Source of the DNA: Patescibacteria group bacterium
Lineage (GTDB): Bacteria > Patescibacteriota > Minisyncoccia > Phycocordibacterales > UBA2100
DNA length: 64,000 nt
Assembly: GCA_038064835.1 (NCBI GenBank)
Contig: JBBTSD010000001.1
Coordinates: 234,361 to 298,360 of the forward strand
Direction of reading: 5' to 3'
Part shown: positions 34,426 through 43,570 of the stretch, in pieces
Position numbering within the stretch: position 1 is the first letter of the stretch
How the letters are laid out: each line of letters opens with the position of its first letter
Position numbers and translations under genes: made by a program
The notes under the pieces: generated by a model
What the model saw: only the letters and a program-made list of their open reading frames with translations
The model's database searches: none
Told to the model about the DNA's origin: nothing

Positions 34426-37392
34426 ATGAAGAGAGATCAAGGAGGATTCGCGAGTCTCTATGCGAAACTCAACCAGATTCAAAAGCACGCAGTTGATTTG
34501 ATTGAAGGACCAGTGATGGTAGTGGCGGGTCCGGGGACAGGAAAGACGCAGATTCTTACCGTACGAATTGCAAACATTCTTAAAAAGACCGACACGCCAC
34601 CCGATGCGATTCTCGCTCTGACCTTCACCGAGTCTGGTGTTGCCGCAATGCGGCGCAGGCTTGTCGAGATTACAGGCTCCGCAGGGTACAAAATAAATAT
34701 CCACACCTTTCACGGTTTTTGTAACGAAATCATTCGTCGTTATCCAGATGAATTTCCACGCATCATCGGCGCAAAGCCTATTTCTGAAGTGGTTCGTATT
34801 GAACTCTTCCGACTCTTGCTGGATACTTTGCCCCTTGCGCTTCTGCGCCCGTTTGGTGATCCCTACTACCATGTGTCGTCTCTTCGTCGCGTTATTGGTG
34901 AGCTGAAACGAGAGAATATTTCACCAGAAAAACTTCACTCACATGTCAGTCGTGCGATGAGCGAGCTTGAGGACACACCGGATCTATATCACGAAAAAGG
35001 AGTACACAAAGGATCAATGAAGGGAAAGTATCAAACAGAAGAGCGGCGCCTTGAGCGAACTCGAGAGCTTGCGCAGGTATACGAAGCCTATGAATCCGCA
35101 TTGCGTGAACGCAGGCTTTTTGACTTTGAAGATATGATTGTCGAAGTTGTTTCCCAACTCGAAACAAACAAAGATCTCCTCTTGCGTTTGCAAGAGGAGT
35201 ATCATTATATTCTGGCCGATGAGCATCAGGATGCGAACGGTGCACAAAATCGTCTGCTCGAATTACTATCGGGTTTTCATGAGCGTCCAAATCTTTTTAT
35301 TGTGGGAGACGAGAAACAGGCAATCTTTCGCTTTCAGGGGGCGTCACTCGATAACTTCCTTTACTTCAAAAAACTGTATCCGGATGCCGAACTCATCACC
35401 CTGACGGAAGCATATCGCTCTGGACAAAAGATTCTTGACTCCGCACATGCCATGATTGGGCGCGATGGGGTGGCTGGGCGTATTCCACTGGTATCACGGG
35501 CGAATATCTTGAAAGATACGGTTGAGTTGAGAAGCTACCCAACGCATGATGACGAAGTGCGCGGTGTGGCGCGAGAGGTGCGGAGACTTATTGATGAAGG
35601 TGTTGCATCGCAAGAAATCGCACTCCTATTTCGTGCAAACGCAGAAGCTGAGGCACTTGCGCGGGCACTGGAACAAGAGGGGATTGTGGTTGCAATTGAA
35701 TCAGATCAAAATGCTTTGGCTGACCCTGATATCCGCTCGCTTATGCTTTTGTTTGAAGCCGTGGCGCACCCCGGGAGCGACGAAGCGCTGGGAAAAGTCT
35801 TGCATGCACCCTTTCTTGGGCTCTCACCCGTTGATGTGTATCGAGTGGGCAGTTTTGCGTACAAGCGACGCATCCCACTGGCGGATGTGCTTGAAAGCAG
35901 AAAGCTAATCGAGGAGGCAAAAGTACGCGAACCAGATGCTCTACATGCTGTATTCACGCTTATCGAAAGTCTGGCCAAAAAGCGCGGCTCGGTTCTCGAT
36001 AGGTGCGACGAGGCTATTCACGAATCGCAGTTTTTTGCCCATGTGTTAAAACTTCCACGGGCTGTTGAGGTAGTAGAAAAACTAGCTGGACTATTGAGTG
36101 ATATTGAGGCGCTTGCTGATGGTAACCCCGATTACTCAATGCGTGATTTGGTTGGACACCTGCGCCTCCTTGCCGAATACCACATTCCAGTGCGTAAGGA
36201 AATTCGAGCAAAACCCAGGTCGGGGGCAGTGCGCTTAATGACCGCACACAAATCAAAAGGTCTCGAGTTCGACTATGTATTTGTGACGAATGTGGTAGAT
36301 GGTGCGTGGGGTGGCAAGCGTGAGAAGTCACTGTTCGAGCTTCCAACCGGGGGTGCGGAGGGTAGTGATGACGACGAGAGACGATTGTTATATGTGGCAC
36401 TGACTCGCGCTCGTTACGGAGTCTTTATGAGCCACCCCGAAGAAAAGGAGGGTAAGGCGCTACTGCCGTCTCGGCTTATTGAAGAAATCGATGAAACACA
36501 TATTGCACGGGTTGCCGTACGCGATGCCCCAGGTCCTGAAGAGCGGATACGCGCACGCCGGCGAGTCAATCAAAGCCCCGATATTCATAGCAAGGTTTTC
36601 TTGCGTGAGCTCTTTGTGGCACAAGGGATATCGGTTACTGCTATAAATAATTACCTGAACTGTCCATGGCGCTATTTCTACCAAAATCTTATTCGCCTAC
36701 CTCAAGCTCCGCACAAACATTTGCTCTACGGTAACGCGGTGCATGCGGCGCTCAGTGAATTTTTTAACATGCGCACCCGTGGAAAACCTGCAACACCTCA
36801 GACGCTTGTAAGCGCATTTGTGGACGCACTCGAGCGCACATCAATTGGCCGAGCGGATCTCGAAGTGGCGCGGGCACGAGGTACTGAACACTTGATTGGC
36901 TGGTACAAAAACGCAGAATCCCGTTTCCCTAAAGAAGTTTTGACTGACTACCGTATTTCTCATGAGTTTGAAACTGATCATGCCGAAATCCCTGTCATTA
37001 AAGTAGTTGGTGCGCTTGACCGCGTCGATATTCATCCCGAAGGTGATGTCTCTGTCGTTGACTACAAAACGGGAAATCCCAAAAGTAGAAATGAAATTAC
37101 GGGCAAGACAAAAAGTAGTGAGGGAGAGTATTGGCGGCAGCTCGTCTTTTACAAAATGCTGTTAGACATGGAAGGGAAGTACCACATGCGCCAAGCTTCT
37201 CTCGACTTTATTGAGCCAGACAAGAAAGGTAAGTATCATCGTGAAGATTTTATTGTTACCACAGAAGATGTGGAGATACTTCGTGCGGAAACTAAGCGTG
37301 TGGTGGGAGAGGTATGGGACTTTTCATTCTGGGAGAGGACTTGCGACGAGAAAGGATGCGAACATTGCGCTTTGAGAGATATAGTGCTATAA
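34426..37392 (+). CDS. UvrD/PcrA-like SF1 helicase fused to a C-terminal PD-(D/E)XK nuclease with 4-Cys cluster (Cas4/AddB-like)
   Basis: Walker A VVAGPGTGKTQ. DEHQD (motif II). Helicase motifs III-VI are present. C-terminal LDRVDI...VSVVDYKTG and the cysteines YLNCPWRYF...CDEKGCEHC. Confidence 0.85.
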   Translation: MKRDQGGFASLYAKLNQIQKHAVDLIEGPVMVVAGPGTGKTQILTVRIANILKKTDTPPDAILALTFTESGVAAMRRRLVEITGSAGYKINIHTFHGFCNEIIRRYPDEFPRIIGAKPISEVVRIELFRLLLDTLPLALLRPFGDPYYHVSSLRRVIGELKRENISPEKLHSHVSRAMSELEDTPDLYHEKGVHKGSMKGKYQTEERRLERTRELAQVYEAYESALRERRLFDFEDMIVEVVSQLETNKDLLLRLQEEYHYILADEHQDANGAQNRLLELLSGFHERPNLFIVGDEKQAIFRFQGASLDNFLYFKKLYPDAELITLTEAYRSGQKILDSAHAMIGRDGVAGRIPLVSRANILKDTVELRSYPTHDDEVRGVAREVRRLIDEGVASQEIALLFRANAEAEALARALEQEGIVVAIESDQNALADPDIRSLMLLFEAVAHPGSDEALGKVLHAPFLGLSPVDVYRVGSFAYKRRIPLADVLESRKLIEEAKVREPDALHAVFTLIESLAKKRGSVLDRCDEAIHESQFFAHVLKLPRAVEVVEKLAGLLSDIEALADGNPDYSMRDLVGHLRLLAEYHIPVRKEIRAKPRSGAVRLMTAHKSKGLEFDYVFVTNVVDGAWGGKREKSLFELPTGGAEGSDDDERRLLYVALTRARYGVFMSHPEEKEGKALLPSRLIEEIDETHIARVAVRDAPGPEERIRARRRVNQSPDIHSKVFLRELFVAQGISVTAINNYLNCPWRYFYQNLIRLPQAPHKHLLYGNAVHAALSEFFNMRTRGKPATPQTLVSAFVDALERTSIGRADLEVARARGTEHLIGWYKNAESRFPKEVLTDYRISHEFETDHAEIPVIKVVGALDRVDIHPEGDVSVVDYKTGNPKSRNEITGKTKSSEGEYWRQLVFYKMLLDMEGKYHMRQASLDFIEPDKKGKYHREDFIVTTEDVEILRAETKRVVGEVWDFSFWERTCDEKGCEHCALRDIVL

Positions 37393-37437
37393 TACAAAAA
37401 GCATGCCTTGAGCATGTGGCCAGAGAAGGGGCTAAAA

Positions 37438-37728
37438 ATGAATGAGATCTTTTCGGCGAGCTGGCAGATTCAGCTCTATATGATGCTTGCGATCGGCGTG
37501 GCGGCACTGCCATTGCTCGGTCTTTTCAAGGTGGTCAGTCGGCCAGTGGCGATGCTGGGATTCGTGGCCCTGAATGTGATTGGTGTTGCAGTCCTTGTGA
37601 CACTCTTGCCAGGGGACTTTCGGCGTGCCCATGAAGATGTGTGGCATGTGGCCCGCATGCTTGACCTGACGACGACCGTCTTTGGAGTACTCTGCTTGTC
37701 ACTTCTCTATCTGCGGAAAGAGGAGTGA
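37438..37728 (+). CDS. Small membrane protein, hypothetical
   Basis: GAAGGGG RBS before ATG 37438. Two or three TM helices. Confidence 0.35.
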   Translation: MNEIFSASWQIQLYMMLAIGVAALPLLGLFKVVSRPVAMLGFVALNVIGVAVLVTLLPGDFRRAHEDVWHVARMLDLTTTVFGVLCLSLLYLRKEE

Positions 37729-37731
37729 ACC

Positions 37732-38013
37732 ATGATTGTCGATCTACTGACCTGGCTGGTTGCACTTGGGGCAACGACAGCACTTATTATGGGGACCCTG
37801 GGGCTCGATGCTCCTTTTCCTCAGAAATGGGTTGCAATAGGGGCTGGTATCTGGGGGCTTGGTGTCCTCGTGCCATGGCTTGCAAATCCACTGCCCTACC
37901 TCGAATTGGTATTCGCAGTAGCGACTGCGGCAGCCTTGGTCTTGTTTCTTGGCAAGGAGCCACACAAAGGCGAGATTGGAGGGAACCCCAACGACCCCAA
38001 TGACCGTCGCTAA
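37732..38013 (+). CDS. Small membrane protein, hypothetical
   Basis: AGGAGTG RBS and ATG. Three hydrophobic helices. Confidence 0.35.
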   Translation: MIVDLLTWLVALGATTALIMGTLGLDAPFPQKWVAIGAGIWGLGVLVPWLANPLPYLELVFAVATAAALVLFLGKEPHKGEIGGNPNDPNDRR

Positions 38014-38033
38014 CAGCTCGATTTCATGAAAAT

Positions 38034-38070
38034 AGAAAAGCCGGACCTCCACGGGTCCGGCCTTCTCTTG
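38034..38070. terminator. Bidirectional terminator hairpin
   Basis: aaaagccggacctccacgggtccggcctt, with T-runs on both strands. Confidence 0.6.
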
Positions 38071-38086
38071 TGTATGGCTTTGAAAT

Positions 38087-38794
38087 TTATTCGCTCTTTG
38101 CGAGAAGCGCGTCAATCATCCCTTTCACCACTTCATACGGTTGCCCGCCTTCGATTGGGAACTGTTCGCCAGCAAAGATAACAATTGAGTGGGGTGTACC
38201 GCGTCCGCCGGCCGCGATTACTTCGTCCATGTCTGTAGAGACACGATCAGCGTGTTTACCACTAGCAAGACATTTCTCGAACGCCACTTTGTTTAGACCG
38301 TTCTTCTCGGCGAGCACAGGAAGTTGCGCGGCATCGAATCCATTATTGGAAGGAGTTGCCTCGTACAATGCATCGGTGTACTTCCAGAATCCATCGTTAC
38401 CTCCAAGTTCGGCAGCACATTCGAGTGCTTGCGCCTCGTTTTCGGCCTTTGGGTGAAGCTGGGTAAGAGGGAAGTGCCGATAGACCCATGCGACTTTTCC
38501 GTCTGCACCATATTCAGACGCAATTTGCTTCATGGTGTTGTGGAAGTTCTTGCAGAATGGGCATTCAGTATCTGAATATTCGACAATAACCACTTCGGCG
38601 TTTGGGTTACCTCGGATATGGTCGTCGGCCTGTGGGCCACGAACCTTCTCGAGAACAACACCTGCTGGTGGCTGTTCGCCTCCGGCGGGGGTGGGGGCAG
38701 GTTTTCCTTGATTAACAAAGTAGAGGGCGCCGGCAATCAAAGCGCCAGCAAGGACGATGGCAATTGGGACTGCGAGTTTCTGAACTGTCTCCAT
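38087..38794 (-). CDS. DsbA-family thiol:disulfide oxidoreductase (membrane-anchored)
   Basis: CPFC active site in a thioredoxin fold. N-terminal anchor. The start is taken as METVQK. Confidence 0.7.
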   Translation of the reverse strand: METVQKLAVPIAIVLAGALIAGALYFVNQGKPAPTPAGGEQPPAGVVLEKVRGPQADDHIRGNPNAEVVIVEYSDTECPFCKNFHNTMKQIASEYGADGKVAWVYRHFPLTQLHPKAENEAQALECAAELGGNDGFWKYTDALYEATPSNNGFDAAQLPVLAEKNGLNKVAFEKCLASGKHADRVSTDMDEVIAAGGRGTPHSIVIFAGEQFPIEGGQPYEVVKGMIDALLAKSE

Positions 38795-38850
38795 ACGAAT
38801 TACAACACAGACTATTATGATTAACCGCATCAGTATAGCATACTGTTGTC

Positions 38851-39669
38851 ATGAACATACTTGACGCGATTATACTCGGAGTGGTGCAGGGGCTCACTGA
38901 ATTCCTGCCTGTTTCTTCGTCCGGTCACCTTATTTTGGCTCGTGAGCTGTTTGGCGTTGGTATAGAGGGGGGACTTGCATTTGATGCAGCCCTTCATTTT
39001 GCGACCGCATGCGCTGTGATAATGTACTTCCGCGCTGACATAGTCGTCCTTGTGCAGTCGTGCTTTCGATTCATTATGCGTCATGAGGACTCTGCGGACG
39101 GCAAGGCTATGATGTGGGGCATTGCCCTTGCAACTATCCCCGCATTCGCACTAGGCCTTTTGCTTGAAAGTGTCATGGAAACAGTCTTTCGAAATGGCTC
39201 GTTGGTGGCAGGTACGCTTGTCGCAGGATCAGTAATTATGTATGCGGCAGAAAAATGGGTGTCGGTGGACACTAAAAGCCAAGTACCCACATTACGCACA
39301 GCGTTTCGGATAGGGCTCTTTCAATCACTCGCCTTGATTCCTGGTATGAGCAGATCGGGTATGGCTATTGCGGGAGGTATGTTTTTAGGGCTTTCACGAG
39401 AAGCGTCGGCGCGGTTTGCATTTCTGATTGCTGTGCCACTTATGCTGGGCGCCGGCTTGAAAAAAATTATAGACCTGGGGGCTGAAGGGTTGGCGGCGGA
39501 GGGAAATATATTGGCGGCGGGGATGATCACCGCGTTTTTGGTCGGGGTGTTCGTTATTCACTACTTGATGCAGTTTTTGCGTACGAATTCACTTACGGTA
39601 TTCATATGGTATCGCATGATCCTGGCGATGCTAGTACTTGGATCTATATGGCTAGTACCCCATTCGTAA
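38851..39669 (+). CDS. uppP: Undecaprenyl-diphosphatase
   Basis: GVVQGLTEFLPVSSSGHL and PGMSRSG are BacA/UppP motifs. The last 5 codons and the stop lie inside MITE-B copy 2. Confidence 0.9.
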   Translation: MNILDAIILGVVQGLTEFLPVSSSGHLILARELFGVGIEGGLAFDAALHFATACAVIMYFRADIVVLVQSCFRFIMRHEDSADGKAMMWGIALATIPAFALGLLLESVMETVFRNGSLVAGTLVAGSVIMYAAEKWVSVDTKSQVPTLRTAFRIGLFQSLALIPGMSRSGMAIAGGMFLGLSREASARFAFLIAVPLMLGAGLKKIIDLGAEGLAAEGNILAAGMITAFLVGVFVIHYLMQFLRTNSLTVFIWYRMILAMLVLGSIWLVPHS

Positions 39670-39802
39670 AATTTTGTCCATAAAACCGCATAATCGTGGC
39701 TGCGGCTCGGCAAAAATTCCTAGCCAATGCCTCTGCATTTTTCAGATATGGGGAAGATTATGAACAGCTACTTAGGACAAAATTTTACGAATGGGGTACT
39801 AG
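39652..39802. mobile_element. MITE-like element, family B, copy 2 (151 bp, perfect 28-bp terminal inverted repeats)
   Basis: ctagtaccccattcgtaaaattttgtcc and ggacaaaattttacgaatggggtactag are exact inverted complements. The first 88 bp match 7502..7589. Confidence 0.65.
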
Positions 39803-39805
39803 TGT

Positions 39806-39829
39806 GAAAAAACCCTCGAGAAGAGGGTT
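39806..39829 (-). terminator. Terminator for clpP (minus strand)
   Basis: aaaccctcgagaagagggttt hairpin with a T-run on the minus strand. Confidence 0.55.
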
Positions 39830-40366
39830 CTACACTATCTTATCTATCAGTCCCATGCGCCGTGCCTCAAGCGCAGTTACTTCGCGTTCGTCGTTCAACA
39901 GTTTGATCATTGTGTCGCGGGAGCGACCAGAACGATCTGTAAGGATGTCGAGGATTTGATTTTGCACACCGCGTGCTTGTTTCTCGCGTTCGCGCATGAG
40001 TCCCGTATCCTTGAGGCGATTGTAGGGAACCGACATGTTACTGAGGACATTATGGAAGAACATACGAGCATTGCGGGCACATTCGCGAGTAGTACCTGCT
40101 TGCACCAAGAGCGCCGCCATGGAATTGGCATAACCAATGACGCGGGTGGTTTTTTTGCCTGGGTAGAGACGGAGGGAATCATAAATCAAGAATCCTGCCG
40201 CCGCGTCGCCGCCATGGCTCGTGATCAGCACCGAAATGTCTGGGGAGCCCTGAGCTATGAGCGTACTAGTTGCGTGGCGAACATAATCCGCCATATTTCC
40301 GCACACCTCTCCGGTCAGATCGATGTGGTGGTGAAGTAAAAGACGAGCAAGTAGATCCTCTGTCAT
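39830..40366 (-). CDS. clpP: ATP-dependent Clp protease proteolytic subunit
   Basis: ITSHGGDAAAGFLIYDS, GYANSMAALL (catalytic Ser) and MFFHN (His) are present. The track ORF is extended 5' through MITE-A; ATG 40366 with a GAGGTG RBS is used. Confidence 0.8.
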   Translation of the reverse strand: MTEDLLARLLLHHHIDLTGEVCGNMADYVRHATSTLIAQGSPDISVLITSHGGDAAAGFLIYDSLRLYPGKKTTRVIGYANSMAALLVQAGTTRECARNARMFFHNVLSNMSVPYNRLKDTGLMREREKQARGVQNQILDILTDRSGRSRDTMIKLLNDEREVTALEARRMGLIDKIV

Positions 40367-40422
40367 GGCACACCTCATCCTGTCTATACCGAGCATCCTC
40401 TGTAAAAAGGATTTACGCAAGG

Positions 40423-40609
40423 CACTTAGGGCACTTCCATAAATAACACCATCATCTTTCGCCCACTGCATCACCGTATGCAACCCTTGCTCTGTCGCGA
40501 AATATCTCGGCGTACTTATAGTACGACTCGATATTTCACTCGGTCGCAAGGGCCGTCTACGGTGCGCATTAAGCGAAATCTGAAGCAGTTATTTACGGAA
40601 GTGCCCTAA
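40423..40609. mobile_element. MITE-like element, family A, copy 2
   Basis: About 99% identical to 4225..4411 (one internal mismatch), with the same terminal inverted repeats. Confidence 0.65.
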
Positions 40610-41181
40610 AAACCAAGTGTTTGTGTCAACGGGCGCGAGGAGGGCTTGAGCCACTGTCGGGTATCAAGTTTTAAATCTTTCAACTTACCAAGCTCACGAT
40701 AGCGGACAGCCCCATTTTTAAGTGCAAAATCAAAAATCTTTCGTGTAATTTCAACATCTTTAAGGCAATATTCCCGCACCTGATCAATCTTGCCTTCTCG
40801 CCACCACTTCAGCGATTGAAGGCCATGACCGCTTTTGCGCTCGCCCAAAGTACCCTCGGCAATGGTATCCAATTTGATGCGCCTACCAAGGACAGCATAC
40901 ACTTCTTTGAGTAGGTCAAGACTTTTGAGTTGGGTGAGATCGCCTGGATAATATTTATTGAGTAGCGGAATATCGAAGTGATCGGAATTAAATCCGACAA
41001 GCATATCTGCTTTTTCAAGTACTTTCCAAAGACGAGGGAGGTCGCTCATTAAAAATGAGTCGTAGGAGCCATCTTGTGAATCGTGAATGCCAACAATCGC
41101 AAGTTCAAGTGCCGCGGGGTCTGATGATCCGACATCGGAGAACTGATTCGTAGTTTCAATATCAAAGGTGATGATGCGCAT
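40606..41181 (-). CDS. DEDD-family 3'-5' exonuclease (DnaQ/RNase T-like)
   Basis: FDIETT (Exo I), HFDIP (Exo II) and YCLKDVE (Exo III). The stop codon lies in the MITE-A terminal repeat. Confidence 0.65.
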   Translation of the reverse strand: MRIITFDIETTNQFSDVGSSDPAALELAIVGIHDSQDGSYDSFLMSDLPRLWKVLEKADMLVGFNSDHFDIPLLNKYYPGDLTQLKSLDLLKEVYAVLGRRIKLDTIAEGTLGERKSGHGLQSLKWWREGKIDQVREYCLKDVEITRKIFDFALKNGAVRYRELGKLKDLKLDTRQWLKPSSRPLTQTLGF

Positions 41182-41202
41182 GGCGACAGTGTACTACAGC
41201 GA

Positions 41203-42459
41203 CTATCCCTGCGCCGATAACAAGTGTGATGCGATGCGATCCGCGGCGAGGACTGTTTCTTTTGCTGAAGGAAGGTGTTTGAGAGTGTACTGCCCGGTCT
41301 CGCGTTCGTGTGAACCGATGCAAATGATCGAGGATATACCCATCTTGAGCGCGTGTTTAATCTGGTCCCCTGCGCGCTTGCCAGAAAAATTGACGGCGAC
41401 AGTTACATCTTCGGTACGCAAATCATGCGCCAGCTTCATTGCGTGTGCCATGTGCCCCGGTTCGAGGACACATAACATGAGCTCGGTTGCGGGTGTGTAT
41501 GAAGGGAGTAAGCCGTGGGTATCGAGGAAGTCGCGGGCCGTGACATCGCCCATGCCAAACCCGACAGCGCTCATTTGCTCGTCGTCAAAGAGCCCAAAGA
41601 GATTGTCGTAACGACCGCCACCAAAAAGAGAGCGGGTGTTCTCGGGCGAGGTGTCGAACACTTCAAAAATCATACCTGTGTAATAGTCGAAGCCGCGTAC
41701 GATACTGGTGTCTATGTGCACATTTTCAATACCAAGTGTGTAGAGTAAGGAAAGTAGCTCCTCAAGATAGGCGCTTGAATTTGCGCGTGCAAGTTCCTTT
41801 TCAACAATGGCGGCGCGATCGGCTCCGATGTGCCCTACCAGCTGTGCACTAAAGTCGTCAATCTTGTCCCTACGGTCGAGCAGACGCATGACAAAGGATT
41901 TCTGGCTATCATCAAGTTCAGTTTTCGTAAATATTTCATTGAGAAGACGGCGGTCATTCACGCGAATTTCGAAAGCTTGCGGGGATGCACCCATGTCGAG
42001 CATAAGCTGGTGGGCGAGTGCGATGATTTCCGCGTCGGCTTCTACGCCCGGTGCGCCAAAAATATCAGCATTGAGCTGCCAGTGCTCGCGCACACGCCCT
42101 CGCTGTGGGCGCTCATAGCGAAACATATTGGCTATGGTGTACCAGCGTAATGGAAAGACCAGCTCGCGTCTTTTTCCGGCAACCATGCGGGTGACTGTAG
42201 GGGTCATCTCTGGGCGAAGAGTGACTTCGCGCCCGCCACGATCCGTGAAAGTGTAAGTCTGATCATTTACGATTTCTTCGCTCGTCTTGCTGCGGTAGAG
42301 TTCTGCGGGTTCAAGAATGCTGGCATGGTAGGATTCGTATCCAAAGCGTTCGCAGGTTGTGCGCATCGTTTCAAAGAGGTACTCCTGAATGAATTGGTCT
42401 TGCGGGTAAAAATCCCGAACACCCTTGTACGACTCGGTAGAAAGTTTCTGGTTACTCAT
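41203..42459 (-). CDS. hisS: Histidine--tRNA ligase
   Basis: Class II motifs: GVRDFYP, RYERPQRGR and GGGRYD. 418 aa. Confidence 0.9.
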   Translation of the reverse strand: MSNQKLSTESYKGVRDFYPQDQFIQEYLFETMRTTCERFGYESYHASILEPAELYRSKTSEEIVNDQTYTFTDRGGREVTLRPEMTPTVTRMVAGKRRELVFPLRWYTIANMFRYERPQRGRVREHWQLNADIFGAPGVEADAEIIALAHQLMLDMGASPQAFEIRVNDRRLLNEIFTKTELDDSQKSFVMRLLDRRDKIDDFSAQLVGHIGADRAAIVEKELARANSSAYLEELLSLLYTLGIENVHIDTSIVRGFDYYTGMIFEVFDTSPENTRSLFGGGRYDNLFGLFDDEQMSAVGFGMGDVTARDFLDTHGLLPSYTPATELMLCVLEPGHMAHAMKLAHDLRTEDVTVAVNFSGKRAGDQIKHALKMGISSIICIGSHERETGQYTLKHLPSAKETVLAADRIASHLLSAQG

Positions 42460-43021
42460 GTTGATTGCGCTGACTCATAATATCCTTGAAGTCGGAGTCG
42501 TTTGGGTTCTTGGCAAACCGGTCTGCTTGGGTGAGGACAAAGCGCTTCACCTCCTCGGGGCGAGGGATGTCGTGCATCAGCACATCGTTTTCCGACGCTC
42601 CCGCGCTCTGAACGCGCAGTGTACCAAAATCGAGTACTGTTTCAATGAAGTTCCCGTAGCGCACAGTGGCGTCTTGGATGCGCTCGAGGGGGAGTGTTGT
42701 GACTTCGCGCACAAAAAAGCGAACTTGCTCGACATAGACGACACGGCGTTCGGTGATGACCCACATATCGAGATAATGATTCGTCCAGGCAACAGCCATC
42801 ATCATCCATGCAATCAAAAGCCACAGAGAGCCAAAGAAAAGAACTAGCGCGCCGATAAGTGGATTTGTGCCTAGTGCGCCTGCAAGAAATCCGGCCACAA
42901 TAAAGGGGAGTATGCCGGCGAGCGTCAAGCCGAACAGATTTTCCACAAGGACAAACCAATGCTTACGCACTTTTGCAAGGATGCGTTCGTCTGGATGGAT
43001 GTTGAATGTGGTATGCGACAT
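42452..43021 (-). CDS. Membrane protein with bacterial PH (bPH_2/YdbT-like) domain
   Basis: Two TM helices followed by YLDMWVITERRVVYVEQ, as in the bPH_2 fold. Confidence 0.5.
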   Translation of the reverse strand: MSHTTFNIHPDERILAKVRKHWFVLVENLFGLTLAGILPFIVAGFLAGALGTNPLIGALVLFFGSLWLLIAWMMMAVAWTNHYLDMWVITERRVVYVEQVRFFVREVTTLPLERIQDATVRYGNFIETVLDFGTLRVQSAGASENDVLMHDIPRPEEVKRFVLTQADRFAKNPNDSDFKDIMSQRNQHE

Positions 43022-43022
43022 A

Positions 43023-43244
43023 TCAAAGGATAGTGATCAGAGAAAAAAGCATGATGGCGACAAGTACGACACAACCTATGGCGTAGGTAACTATAGAAAA
43101 GAATGCAACCAGTGGGCTCGCGGCAAATCGTATCCAGTGGTACGAAAGTATAAGTCCGAAGATTGCACTAACAAGCACTGCGAGCGCAAGTAGAATCCAA
43201 AAAAGTGGCGCGAACGCTGCGAATGAGCCAACAGAAGCATCCAT
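43023..43244 (-). CDS. Small membrane protein, hypothetical
   Basis: Two TM helices. ATG at 43244 (track GTG at 43283). Confidence 0.3.
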   Translation of the reverse strand: MDASVGSFAAFAPLFWILLALAVLVSAIFGLILSYHWIRFAASPLVAFFSIVTYAIGCVVLVAIMLFSLITIL

Positions 43245-43315
43245 CGCTTTAGTATGCAACAAGATGACAAAATTGCACGCCACCGATGAGGTAACCCCTC
43301 ACGGGGATTATTAGG

Positions 43316-43457
43316 GAACCTCTGGCAGTAAGGTTTCTGGAGTGTAGGACCGGTTAGCGATCAAGAAAACAAGGAGTGGCTACGACTATGTTTTTGGAAG
43401 CACCCTTTGTGGTGCGGCCTTGGAGCGCACTCCAGAAACCTTACTGCCAGAGGTTCC
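43316..43457. repeat. 29-bp perfect inverted repeat enclosing an 83-nt loop that contains an RBS plus 28-codon ORF
   Basis: ggaacctctggcagtaaggtttctggagtg at 43316-43344 pairs with cactccagaaaccttactgccagaggttcc at 43428-43457. aaggag at 43371-43376 and ATG at 43388. Confidence 0.55.
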
Positions 43458-43570
43458 TCACTCGGAGGTGTGAGAGGTTTTACACCGAGTAGGTAAATTC
43501 CCTTGCGTGGCGGCATGCAGTTACGCTGGAGGATTCATTCACGGAAGGTGGTATCGGGTATACTGCCTAC

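Noticed and set aside
39696-39959. 87-aa ORF (MAAARQKFLANASAFF...)
   Set aside because: It lies almost entirely inside MITE-B copy 2 and the clpP terminator. The homologous frame in copy 1 is merely the false N-terminal extension of another gene, so this is element-derived and not a gene.
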